Positions 34,991-46,285 of a stretch of DNA of 64,000 nt are shown here, one piece after another (within the stretch, counting starts at the first letter, position 1; each line of letters begins with the position of its first letter). The stretch is taken from the NCBI GenBank assembly GCA_965285935.1, contig OZ260665.1, positions 16,740,001-16,804,000 on the forward strand. Direction: 5' to 3'. The notes under the pieces are model-generated. The model had not been told where the DNA came from and did no database searches. It saw only the letters and a program-made list of their open reading frames with translations. This DNA comes from Ophelia neglecta (lineage: Eukaryota). The position numbers and the translations under genes were made by a program.

Positions 34991-37255
34991 ACCTCAAACA
35001 CTTATTAGGTACCCCTTCTTTAGCAGACATGTTTAAAGTCTTCACGGGACAAAATTTCCCCTGTATACATATTGTCCCCAGACTGTGAATACCAGAGGGA
35101 ACTGTCGAAGGGGACACTCAATACTAGTAGATATGGTCCAATGGACATTTGTTACTAAGACAAAATGCCCTGTTGATATATAAATGTGATAAGTACGTCA
35201 GTCCGAGTATTGTCCGGGGGACTGTATAACATAGACTAGGTATCAATGTCCTCATTATTATACCACATTATTTTCATGGAAACATTCCATCCCGTAGGTA
35301 TGGTTGTCTTACGGACATGTATCAGCAGAATTGTTTGTCCAAGGACAAATATTGCTGGGAACTGTTGTCCGGGTGACAATGGTTCCAGTGGATTACCGTT
35401 CCTTTAACACGGGTATTATTTATCACACTACAGCAAATAAATGCCCTTTCTAAACGCATTTATTCATATATATTTTTTTGTGAAAATACAGGCTACCCGC
35501 GGGGGACTGCACCGTCAAATACTATAGAGTTGTGTTAAGCAAAATGTGAACACAATAGACGGTTCTCCTGATGGAAATGTGTACTCGTTTTATGTGTTGA
35601 AAGCTACAGCTTTCTCTTCCTCGTAAATCTATTCAATTTGTTAATGTGCCGCTCGTTTGGTGCGAGGCTGTTTATTCATTTACGCGGAGATATATTATTT
35701 CTGATCACGTTACCTACTACTCCCCCGGCCAGGCTCTACTTCGCTGAGGAGGCGAATCATGGCACCGCACGAGATCTAGGGGCAGGCAGGGGGTCTAAAC
35801 CGTCCTTATATCCATCAGCTACTAGAGGAGAGAGCTTCAAACAAAAGCCCACACTCTCCAGAACCCTCCCGTGAAGGGCCGACCCCACCCCTCAAATTCT
35901 AGCTCAGCAATTGTCCCAGAAAGTAGTTCGCTAATAGACTAAAGGGCCAATAAACTCGTGATTGTTCAAACCGAATTACCGCCGCCTCCCATCTAATCAA
36001 CAAACTACAATTATAGTCAAACTGACATTTAAGTCACAGTTGTCGACGGCCGTTCAATTAGTTTGGCTATAAAAGGAGGATGTTATGGAGGTTTATTTTA
36101 CATTAACACCGGTTATTTCGGCTAAAAGCCCGCTGATGTATGGAGTTATGTCCACACTGCGCTTGGCTGACTCATTTTGTATGACGGCGAATGTACATCA
36201 AGCCGGGGTGAGCCCTGATGGATCTTCCTATCTACTCTGACAAGCTGGTGTCGTAGCGATGTGATTCTGGCGCTAATTCGTTTTCTTTCAAGCACACAAA
36301 GGAGCTGAAAGTCATAATATCCGTTAATAACGAACAGCCTCACCATCCGGCTGCTCTCGGTCACTAATAACTCGAAAATGGCAGTTACCATTAACGATAA
36401 TTGAAAACTCTGCCATCGAATTCAACCAATTTTGCGCTATAGTTAAACTTGAAAATTCTACTATATAAATAAATGCATTGGATAAGAATGTTTGACGCCG
36501 TGTTGTACGTTTAGGCACGATAAAGGTTCAGAAATCTAGTGATATTTAGAGGCCGGCGTCGACTCGAGCAATGGCTGCCATAAGTTGACGTCATGGCCCC
36601 TTAGAGCAAAGATGGCGACTGGCTAATTCAAGGCTCGATCTGCAGCCAGAAGTCGACACGGCCTCTGTCTATTTAAACCTCAGAACATCGCCGCTAGTTT
36701 GTTAATGGGAAATTAATATTCATGGTGTTTAATAAAAGAGGCAATAGTGTTTAGGGAGAAACTTATCTCTGGCAATATTGGTAATTTAACATGATATACT
36801 TCTCTTGGTCCTATTTCGACATTATACATATTTTATTACATTAATTTTTTTATTTATTGAATTTCTTGGCTCTGAGTGGCACTGTTAGTGTTATTAAGTG
36901 AGTGTGAATTGACACAAAATGAAAAGAAAAGCAGTAAAGGAGAGAGTAATTATTATTTTATTTAGCCTATAACGTTGATAGTTATGGGGTTAAAATCCTA
37001 TTTTAGTTATTTCAGGATATGCAAGTACCAGTTTTTAAATGGGTTCAGTGAATGGGTTCAGTGTTGTTTTTCACTGGGGGATCTGTTCGCCTGTGGTTCG
37101 GGGTGGGGTGAGGGCTGAACTCCCTAGAGGGGAAGGGTGAATTAGGGGTAGTCTGTATGGGAAGGAGTCAAGCAGTCTCTAAACACTTCAGGCAGATTCT
37201 TTTTTCTTACAAACAATGACATATTTCTTTTAAGACTTACTGTTCTAGGTACATA

Positions 37256-37395
37256 CAGTGAAACCTGCCCTAAAGACCACCTCTATATTCAGACCACGTG
37301 TCAAATCATGCCCCTCATATTAAGGCCATAGTGTGCACTTTCAATGTTAATTAACCTGTGTGAACAGACCACCTCTATAATCAGACCAGTATTTT
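37256..37395 (-). mobile_element. MITE family 1, truncated
   Basis: TA-CAGTGAAACCTGCCCTAAAGACCACC...CAGACCAGTATTTT, after which similarity ends; second TIR missing. Confidence 0.85.
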
Positions 37396-37457
37396 ATTTT
37401 CTTCATCAAGTCTATTACAAATTTATTACAAGATGCATCTAATATGAAAAATAAATA

Positions 37458-37636
37458 CAGTGAAACCTGTGAATTAAGACCACCAAAGGGACTGGAAAAT
37501 GCCGGTCTGATTTCAGAGGTGGTCTGTTTATAAAGGTTATTTAACATTGAAAAATATACAGTATGGTCCTCATATTTGTGGTCTGAATTTAAAGGTGGTC
37601 TGATAATAGAGGTGGTCTTTAAGGCAGGTTTCACTG
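37458..37636 (+). mobile_element. MITE family 1, full length with perfect TIRs
   Basis: TA-CAGTGAAACCTG...CAGGTTTCACTG-TA. Confidence 0.95.
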
Positions 37637-38452
37637 TAATTACGCTACTGTATGTGCGTAGTTGACACGGGCTGAAGGAAGATCTTTCCCAAAGTGAATT
37701 GAACTGGTTAAATTCATTAAGAATGTATGTTCCCGAAAACCCTATTGGCGTGGCTAATTGCAGACGGTATTGGGGTATTCATGATTTTAGTACATATATA
37801 GATGTATACACTGACAGCTACAAGAAGTTGGAAAGGGTTCAAGAAGCCAGCTTTTACTTGGGGTGGGATGGGTGTCTCCTCCCATCGGGGTCTTGGGGCT
37901 AGGGCGGTCTGCGGACTCAGCCCTCAGATCCCCCAGGGAGAGGACACCCATGCCACAACCCCAGACGCTACAAGGAGCACCCAAAAACACAGTACAGAGG
38001 GGCGGATTGGGGTTCCTCGGGTACCCGACAGCCCGCCCCTTTATATCCCCTGTAACCTAGATGTGGGGGCGAACAGCGCGCTCGCTGTATCGATCGATGT
38101 ACACTGGTATCAAAGAATTGGGTCATCACAATCAATTCAGTCATTGAATTTAAACCAACAATATTTTCATTCTTTTGTGCCATTAATATCAAATCAAATC
38201 GCGTTTCTAAAGCTCAGAACCTGCATTTGAAATTCCTACAATTTGATGGGTTTTTATTTCCTAGAGTATCACCATTTTTCCAGTAAATATTTAAACAGGA
38301 AAAAGCATTGCGCACACCTGCTGAAATTACGTTTGCCTTCCTGTCATATTTTTCTCTATTTCTATTACTTTCAATTTGAAGTTGTTTCCCGATTCTGATT
38401 GCATTCATTTATGAGCCGACCATTAACCAGAGTCGAATAACTCGAGCCGCTC

Positions 38453-38530
38453 ACGCGAGAGGGCGTGACACTGGCAGCCCGGGGGCGTCACGTGACCCTG
38501 CGTCTTGGCCTGCCGAGGCGGCCATCTTGA
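38453..38530. promoter_or_regulatory. USF/MiT-TFE E-box plus YY1 motif pair
   Basis: GTCACGTGAC 38487-38496 and GCGGCCATCTTG 38518-38529 in a CpG-rich block. Confidence 0.45.
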
Positions 38531-41500
38531 AGACTTGGAGTTGGCTCCATTATGGCTTGGCACGGCTTCAGAAAACGTTAAGAGGCAGCATCTTAGGAGA
38601 TCAAAGCCTGTAGAAATCTCTCCGTGAGGGTTCGTCTCCGGCTAAACTCGACAATTACAATAACCACCGGCACAGAGCGCTCTCCACCGCAGATGTGAAG
38701 AGAACAAAACCGCTAACCGCAAACCTAATCACTCCTTCCGCCCCGCAATCAGTCCGCATTCCGACGGACAGCATTCTATGGCAGCCGCAAATAAATATAA
38801 TTACTCCGAATAAAGAAAACTCCACCACAATTATGGTAGGGACTGTCAGTTTGCCGGGAGTGTTGTTGGGGACATGACGGGGAGTTATTATTTGTTATAA
38901 GGCACTCGGTATTTGGAGAATCTTGTCGTCTGCTCCACATTGTCGCAGCTGGCTTCGCCACCAACAAGGGACGTTTATTGATCGAGAGCACAATTCCCTT
39001 CTTAACCACCAAGTACCACAAGTACTGGCGTCAGTCGTCGACTGATTATAATTGTGTGAAAACGCTCGCGAGAATTCTCGAGTATTCAATCATTGAGCAG
39101 CGAACTCTGCGGCCGCCTCTTTATCTATCGGCTGCATGTTCGGCCTGGAGATTTTCTTTATTAGTGAGTCTGTTTATTTTCTCTCGTTGGTGTGTACGAG
39201 AGATGTTCTATATTAAACACGGGCCAAGCTTTTTGGGTCATTTTTTCCAAGTAGTGTAGTGTTTTACGGCCCGGCATGCCGTTTACAGGCACCCCTGGCC
39301 CGGCGGGAATACACCCGACCCACCCCTTGGCTCTCTCGGCGGCGGGTGATTGCTAGCAGACCCCCTCCTCCTTGTGAAGCAGGCGGGAGCTACAACCCGT
39401 AACCCGCCACAGCAGCCTTCCTACTCCGCGTGTCGAGCAGAGTGTCAGAAAATCTCACCGCCAGTTTTTACAAGGCGATGTGAGTTTTTTCGTTTTTATA
39501 GTCGTTTTTTTACAAGCCTTACTATAAGCAGTAATTAGAAGCGAGAGCTTGCTGGGGGCTGAGAGAAGCCAGCTTACAACACGTAGACTCGACATGGAGT
39601 AAACCAGGCTGACTGCGTCGGGTTATGTTAGCATTATAAAGTTCACGGAGGCTGATACAAATATTACACATTTTGACTGCAGCGTTGCCAGGGACTTTCA
39701 ACCTTGATGGCAAATGGCAGAATCGACACTTGGTGTATATATGAAGGTAAATTAGAATAAAAATCCCGAAAAGGAACTTATATATGCCTGATTAGAAACA
39801 TTCAGTACCATATAATGTTAATATGAAATTATGAAGACATCCAAAACGCACAAAAGTATATATATGTGTCATTCAATAACATATAGGCCTATACCACAAA
39901 TTAATGTCCATTGACTTTGAAACATACAAAATAATCCGCGATTATAATATAATGGAAAGGTAAATAGGTTTAGATTATCAATTTTGTCAATTCTTAGTAT
40001 AAATGAAGTATATGGTTGATATAGACAAGATGTTTTAAAATATTCCCCAGAGCAAGGTTTCTAGAAGCGGTATTAACTCTTAGCTCGGATTAAAAACAGG
40101 ATTAAAGAGCTTAATGAGTCTTAACTTGCTAATCAGGGTTTCTGGAAGCTAGATTTGGTATTAAACCTAGCCATTTTGGTCTTAAACCAATCCTGGTCAA
40201 TAGAGACACTGATTAACTCGGTAATAGGCCAATCTAATCATTATTCTTACGAGCTCTTCTAGACCCAGCAAACTGATAACCATTGATAACAACTGGAGTA
40301 AAATCGAGTATTATATTCATTAATTAAAGTTCTTTACCTGGGTTGTGACCCCTTCCGACCTCTAGGGGCGGTTCTCATACGACGGGCCGCGATTTCAATA
40401 ATTTTTGTTCACTATTTACTCGGCTTGAAAGTTCACATGATCAGATATTACATGCCAATTGTTATTTTTCTATTTATTAAGAAAAAATTTGACTTCCGCT
40501 AAGTTACTTGAATGAACACATGAAAACGTTCCACGGTCTAAGCTGTTATCCTTAGTGTATTGATATTCAAGTTTATTTCAGTTACTTAGAATAGTTTTTG
40601 CGGTTTAGATACACATAAATTCTTCGTGGAGGCATGCAGTGCTTCATAGAATATATGAGATTAAGTTCCCAGATTGAGGTAATGTTCAAAACTCTTATTT
40701 TTTGATGTTTCTCATGCTATTTTAAGCAATTACAGTTTTCTGTCAGACCGACTTTGTGGTAATATTGTTTGATGTTGGACGCTGCAGAGTACCCTTGTTG
40801 GACTTGTATATTCAAACCCGTTCTGACACTGTTTAAAAGCTGTTTTTGTCTTTTTAGAAAGTGTATTGCATACTGTATTTGGCGTGGTACTTTGCCCCAG
40901 CTGAGCTGCATTTTAGGCCACATGGGCCTGCATCTTACCGCGTTTTGTCGCGACTCGAGACATCTGTTTGGCTGCATTGAATCCCATTTCGGGCTGCATA
41001 TTTCCCTCCATTTTAAGCGGTAGTATCGGGCCTTCTGACACATTCAAGGTCGTTTTTAGATGTGATAGACGCTGTATTTGGCACAGTAGGGTAGCTGTTC
41101 ACTATTTTGAAGATGTGTAGAGAATGTTAAAGGTTCTTGACACGTGACTGGTGTGAGAATGTAGTCACAAATTGCTCCGCCATTACCTGTTTGGCCTTTT
41201 TCTTAGTGATTTGATTAGAAATCAGTTCGCGCAGGCAATGAGTGACATCTGGTTACGGGGGTTGGCAGGGATTCTCACCCTGATAGACGGGGGTATTGCC
41301 TTCTAATCACCCTGCAAACACCCCATTGTGGGGCTGACAGCCTTATTGTTAAGGGCAGCACCCCTAGCAACCGGGATAGACAGCCAATCTCCTTCACAGC
41401 GGTAAGCAGACGACACCGTGCAATCAGCGGTCCCCAGCATGCATACCGTTCACCACTTAGCCATTTATACAAACGTTCTCTCAGATCATTTTTACATCTA

Positions 41501-44500
41501 TGTTTATTGTTTCATATTGTGAACGCTTTGTGACTGCTCTTTCATCAGTCGCTAGTAACTCTCGGCAGGTGAAGTCTGAACAAATTGTTAAGATTGATAA
41601 TACTGTCTTCAGAGATATTGTGATGTAAAAGAAATTACCTAATGAAATGTACTTGTCTGAGTATTCTAGACACGGCAATATCCAACTTGTCTTGAATACA
41701 ATGTGTGAACAGACTGTTATTAAAACACGAATTTTGACATACTGGTATTCATAGCGAGGCCGGTATGGTGACTGTTGTCTTTAAAAGTGACAGAAGAAAT
41801 TCACTCGTAGGTAGGACTACACGTGTTATGAAGAATTCGTATATTGCTTGAGATATCATGAAAGGTGTTAACTTAATTTTTTGGCTCAGAGAAATGATTT
41901 GATTCTTTTATAGTTAATATATGCCGTGTTTTATCCCTGGATGAAATAATAAGGTAGCACGGGTATCTGGAGCCCCACTGCCGCCCACTATGGTTATTTC
42001 AGTGTGTGATTCTCAAGAGGGTGGGGGGGGGGGGGGACTAAGCTCCTCCCTCTAGGTACACCCTCCCTACGCCCTTCCATGTCCCCCAGACCTTTAAAAA
42101 TCTTTCATAAGCCTAAGATCGGCATCTTGTGATTTTAACAGGGCCGGAGGTGGGTCTGAAAACACCCAGGCGGTGACAGTGTGAGAAGGGACTACTCCGC
42201 CAGTATCAGCACTGGAAGCCATGCTCCTTTAACTCCCAGGGACTAACATCAGGGACCAAACGAGTGAAGGCTTACCCCGAGACACCTTATAGACCGGTGT
42301 ACCGTATACATACACCGGTGACAGTCGGGGTGTACCCCGCTCTTAATTTGTAGACACTTGGACAGCTGTACCTTTGTTTTATAGCTATACGCCTATGTTT
42401 ACATTTATAACAAAATAAGTTAGAAATTTATGTTCGATTAAACGGGATAAGGCAACATATAGTGGCGCTGTATGTATAGACCTGGATGAATGCTCGAGTC
42501 CAATGGTATATGAAAGCTTCAAATCTTAGGAGTTTTCTGGAAGGAGATGTTTAGGTATGTTTTTTTGTTTGATTATATGAAAGTCAGGTGACTGTTGATG
42601 TTGACCTTGTTGTTGATTTCATTTATTTTGTTTGTGTCGACGGTGACTGTAGCCGCTCGAGGTATCGCCTCGACCCGGCGGTTTTACTGCCTGCCAGCCG
42701 GCGTTCGGCCTACTCGGCCTGCCTCTCCGCTCGCAGCCTGCTCCCGAGCTGCCCGCCTTGGCTCGAGCCACGCCGGGCTCGCTCCTAGCCTGACAGCCCG
42801 CCCTAAGTCACAGGCAAACTTTACCAACACATACCCTGAGCATCGCGACGAGTTCTAGGCCCGGCGCTCAGATGCGCTTTTGTTTCTTGTTTTTTCAGGG
42901 TAGTGGAGATGTACAGAGGGCGGGAAGGCTTCCTGGACCCCGCTCTCTTCCTGCCCGGCCACCGCCCGCCCGCCCACCCGCCTGGGGCATACATTATGTA
43001 TATCATTGAGCTCATTGCATATAGCGCGATCTCCTCTTGTTTGCCCGCCCTGGAGACCAGAGCAGGGCGCGGCGCTCCGTAATCCCGCCGTGCCCAGAAA
43101 TCAGCGCGAGAGACCGTCTTTTGTTGGCGGTGGCACGGTCTCGTCTGCTGGGGCGGCAGGGGTTGAGACTCGGCCGGCTCGGCAACATCGGGGTGTGCGC
43201 AAAGACTCCGCCAACAGCTTCAACCTCCTTACCGCCTAATGCTCCATGTCTCTGAGCAACACAAAATAATCCCTCTCCAAGTAAACTCACAACTGCACAC
43301 TACATTTACTAAAAATACCATTTATCAATAAATGAATAGTGAACACATGATTATCAATAAAATACTGGTGATTATTATCGCATAATCGGCTTTTGACTTT
43401 CTCCATTTCTCCCATTTCTGATAAGTCGGGATCTATCGAATGACGCAGCCCTGGCTAAATCAAGGTGAGCCCTAAAGCAGGACAAATAGAAGGTAATTAT
43501 AGCCTGAGACTCCACACGCCCGGTAAACAGTTCAAACCAAGACGCTAAGGCGGGGGTAATGTCTGTACCGGCCCCCAGGGGGAGTGCCTCCGGGGGGAGT
43601 CCGGAGATAAAGGCCGGGGAATCATCTCGGAGTTAACGGTTAATACCCGTGTCTAAATCTGAAAGCCTCGGCTCTGATCTCAAACCCCGAATCGTCATTT
43701 TATCAAAGGCTTAATAATTAGAAAAAACACGGTAAAGGGACAAGACGGTAGGCCGTGTAACTAAGATAGAGAATTTATATGAAATGTTGAATCCTCGGGT
43801 TATCGTTCATTTTGGGGCAATTTAAGACGTGGTTTCAATTGGTGCAGTAACAATGGGTTCGGGGATATCGCCCAGGAAAGGCAATTTGTTGATGATGTAG
43901 TCTGCGCGGGTTAATTCGCCAGTCACAGGGTAGCTGAATTATTTTCCCGATAGAGCCCCTCCTGTCGGCTGCTCACCCGGGCGATGGCGGGTTGGCTACC
44001 GGGTTAATGTCGCTCTTGTCCCCCGGAGCCGGGGTCCTGCGACCCCTCTCCGTGCCCCTAATTGGAAATTCCTCCCCGTGCCAAAGAGGGACCTGAATAC
44101 GCCCGAAAAACAAAGATAGTGGTGAAATTCATTACCCGGGCCTCTTCTTAATTATAGCGGGGGTAGTTCGGTTGGCCTACAGCATGCTGGCGGGGCCGAT
44201 ATGCTGCCGGGGGCTGCGGTTAAAGCTAAACCGAGCAATTCACCACCCAGAAAACCGCAGAAAACCACTCCTGCGGTCAAATCTCACCAGGGCACTTGAT
44301 ATGAAGGCTAAAAACATAATACTCTGTCATAGGCAGGCTTTGATTACCTCTAACGAGGTCAAGGCTTCTTGTAAAACCCGGAAAATCGAAAGATGAGAAA
44401 TAATACTAAAATCAGGATGGTTAGTCGGCGGTCTTATGGCTACAGAGATTGTCTGTGGCAAAGTGGCAAGTGGTTAAAACCTGATTTGTTTTTATGTCCC

Positions 44501-46025
44501 CGGTGGGGCCAGGAAGAACAATAAAAAACAAATAATTATGAAAGATAAAAATAAATTTGTTTACAGCTAAATATAATTTATAATTAATTGTATTAAGTAC
44601 GTTTTTCATCATTTAGGGTAATGTGTAGATTGTGTTGTCTTTTCTTCGACCGTCTCTCATTGACCCCCTGACCCCCCCCCCCCCCCCCCCAGGGTCATGA
44701 AATAAATATAATGGCCATGTTTTTGTGAGAAAAAAACCCATGGATAATGTATACATTTAGCTTGTTACTGTGGTATATTTATTAGTGTTTGTAACAATTT
44801 TTTTGTACGAGTATGCCTACTTATTATGAATGAACAGTTCCATGTATCATAACTTCAGTATTTATTATCCCTGAAAGTTTTATTGGGTAAGATTAATTAA
44901 TTAATTTTATTACTGTACATAACAAAGCTGACAAACCTTTGACCGTGCATCGCTTGGCACCAGGGCAATAATATATTCACCCGGATCTTATATTTTCGAA
45001 AATAAAATAGCAATTGACTATCGGAGAAAACTATTTCTCATGTTCTTTTACAAACAGACCTATATCTTTAGTGACATTATGAGAGTAGGTATAAGCAGTA
45101 TGTTCCCTCTTATTACCACGTGGTGTGTGTCCACATTAAATACCTCTTATTGTTATCAGTTAATTTTGATACAAGCCTAGATAGGTTAACACAAAATAAA
45201 TAATTTAATCATAGCCAATAAACTCTATGGGTATCTCATATCAAATCTATTTCCCAGTGCAATCCGAACTGAGGGGCTAAGATCTTTTCCAAGCCTATAG
45301 GCTGAGATTTTGGTAAACATGTGACACCCACCTTTATTCAATAGAGCAGAGGCCTGCCACGAGCGAGATTCGCCGCACGAGAGACACAGTGTCTGGGGAT
45401 CTCTCAGACCCAGCCAGATCCGCCAACCTTTTTTATCAACATCTTTTTTTTCTTTTTTTGTTACATCACATGACATTGCCTTACTGTCGGCCTGTGTTAT
45501 GTGACAGGGTTTTAGGAGGAGATGGGGTTGGAGAGGTGGTTATCCCCGCCTTGTGGACACCTTTCTCGGTGTGCCTGAGAGGGTAGCCCAAGCCTCCTCA
45601 GACGGGCGATGGCTCTCGCTCCTTTCTCTCCCGCAGCCAGTGAGTGACATTTCTCCACTGATTCTATCGGAGGTAATCTGCCCGAGTGGCTGTGAGTATT
45701 GTTACAATCATCATTGAGGTGACATCCCGCCCGTCTTAGCTCCAGTTATCGGTGGGATTGGGTTTGGTGCGGACGAGTAATCGTTTGTGTACAGTGAATT
45801 GGTTTTGCAAAAGGCGATATTAGAAATGACGACACTTCCGGTATTTTCCTCTTGCTGGTTATAACCTAGGGGGAAAGGGCGGGAGTCGGCTCCGCTAACT
45901 CCCACTGAGGACCAGGCAGCCCGCCAGGCGAGCCTCAATCCCGGCGGAAGGACATATACTTCACGCAGGGGTCAAAGCCTGGGTTAACCTTTCCCGCCCC
46001 CTCCCCATGGAGACCAGTAAGTCCA

Positions 46026-46285
46026 GTATCCCTCTATCAAAGGCTCACTCCTCTCCTCTCCCCGACCGAGGGACAATGCCCGCCGCCGCCCTGTAAGTCG
46101 GGGAGGCGCTGGCCCCCTCAATCCCCTGGCTGTCAACCGGGTATCCCTCTATCAAAGACCCACTTCTCTCCTCTCCCCGACCGAGGGACAATGCCCGCCG
46201 CCGCCCTGTAAGTCGGGGAGGCGCTGGCCCCCTCAATCCCCTGGCTGTCAGTCGAGTGTCCCTCTATCAAAGGCCCACTCCTCTT
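46026..46285. repeat. 115 bp tandem repeat, about 2.3 copies
   Basis: Units start GT(A/G)TCCCTCTATCAAAG at 46026, 46141 and 46256. Confidence 0.95.

Noticed and set aside
37816-37850. KKLERVQ resembles the C-terminal motif of CR1 ORF2
   Set aside because: Flanking residues do not continue the similarity
41842-41860. TATTGCTTGAGA matches the start of invertebrate miR-137
   Set aside because: The match stops after 12 nt and no complementary 5' arm or hairpin is present
45956-46010. ATACTTCACGCAGGGG resembles the 5' end of U1 snRNA
   Set aside because: Lacks ACTTACCTG and downstream U1 similarity
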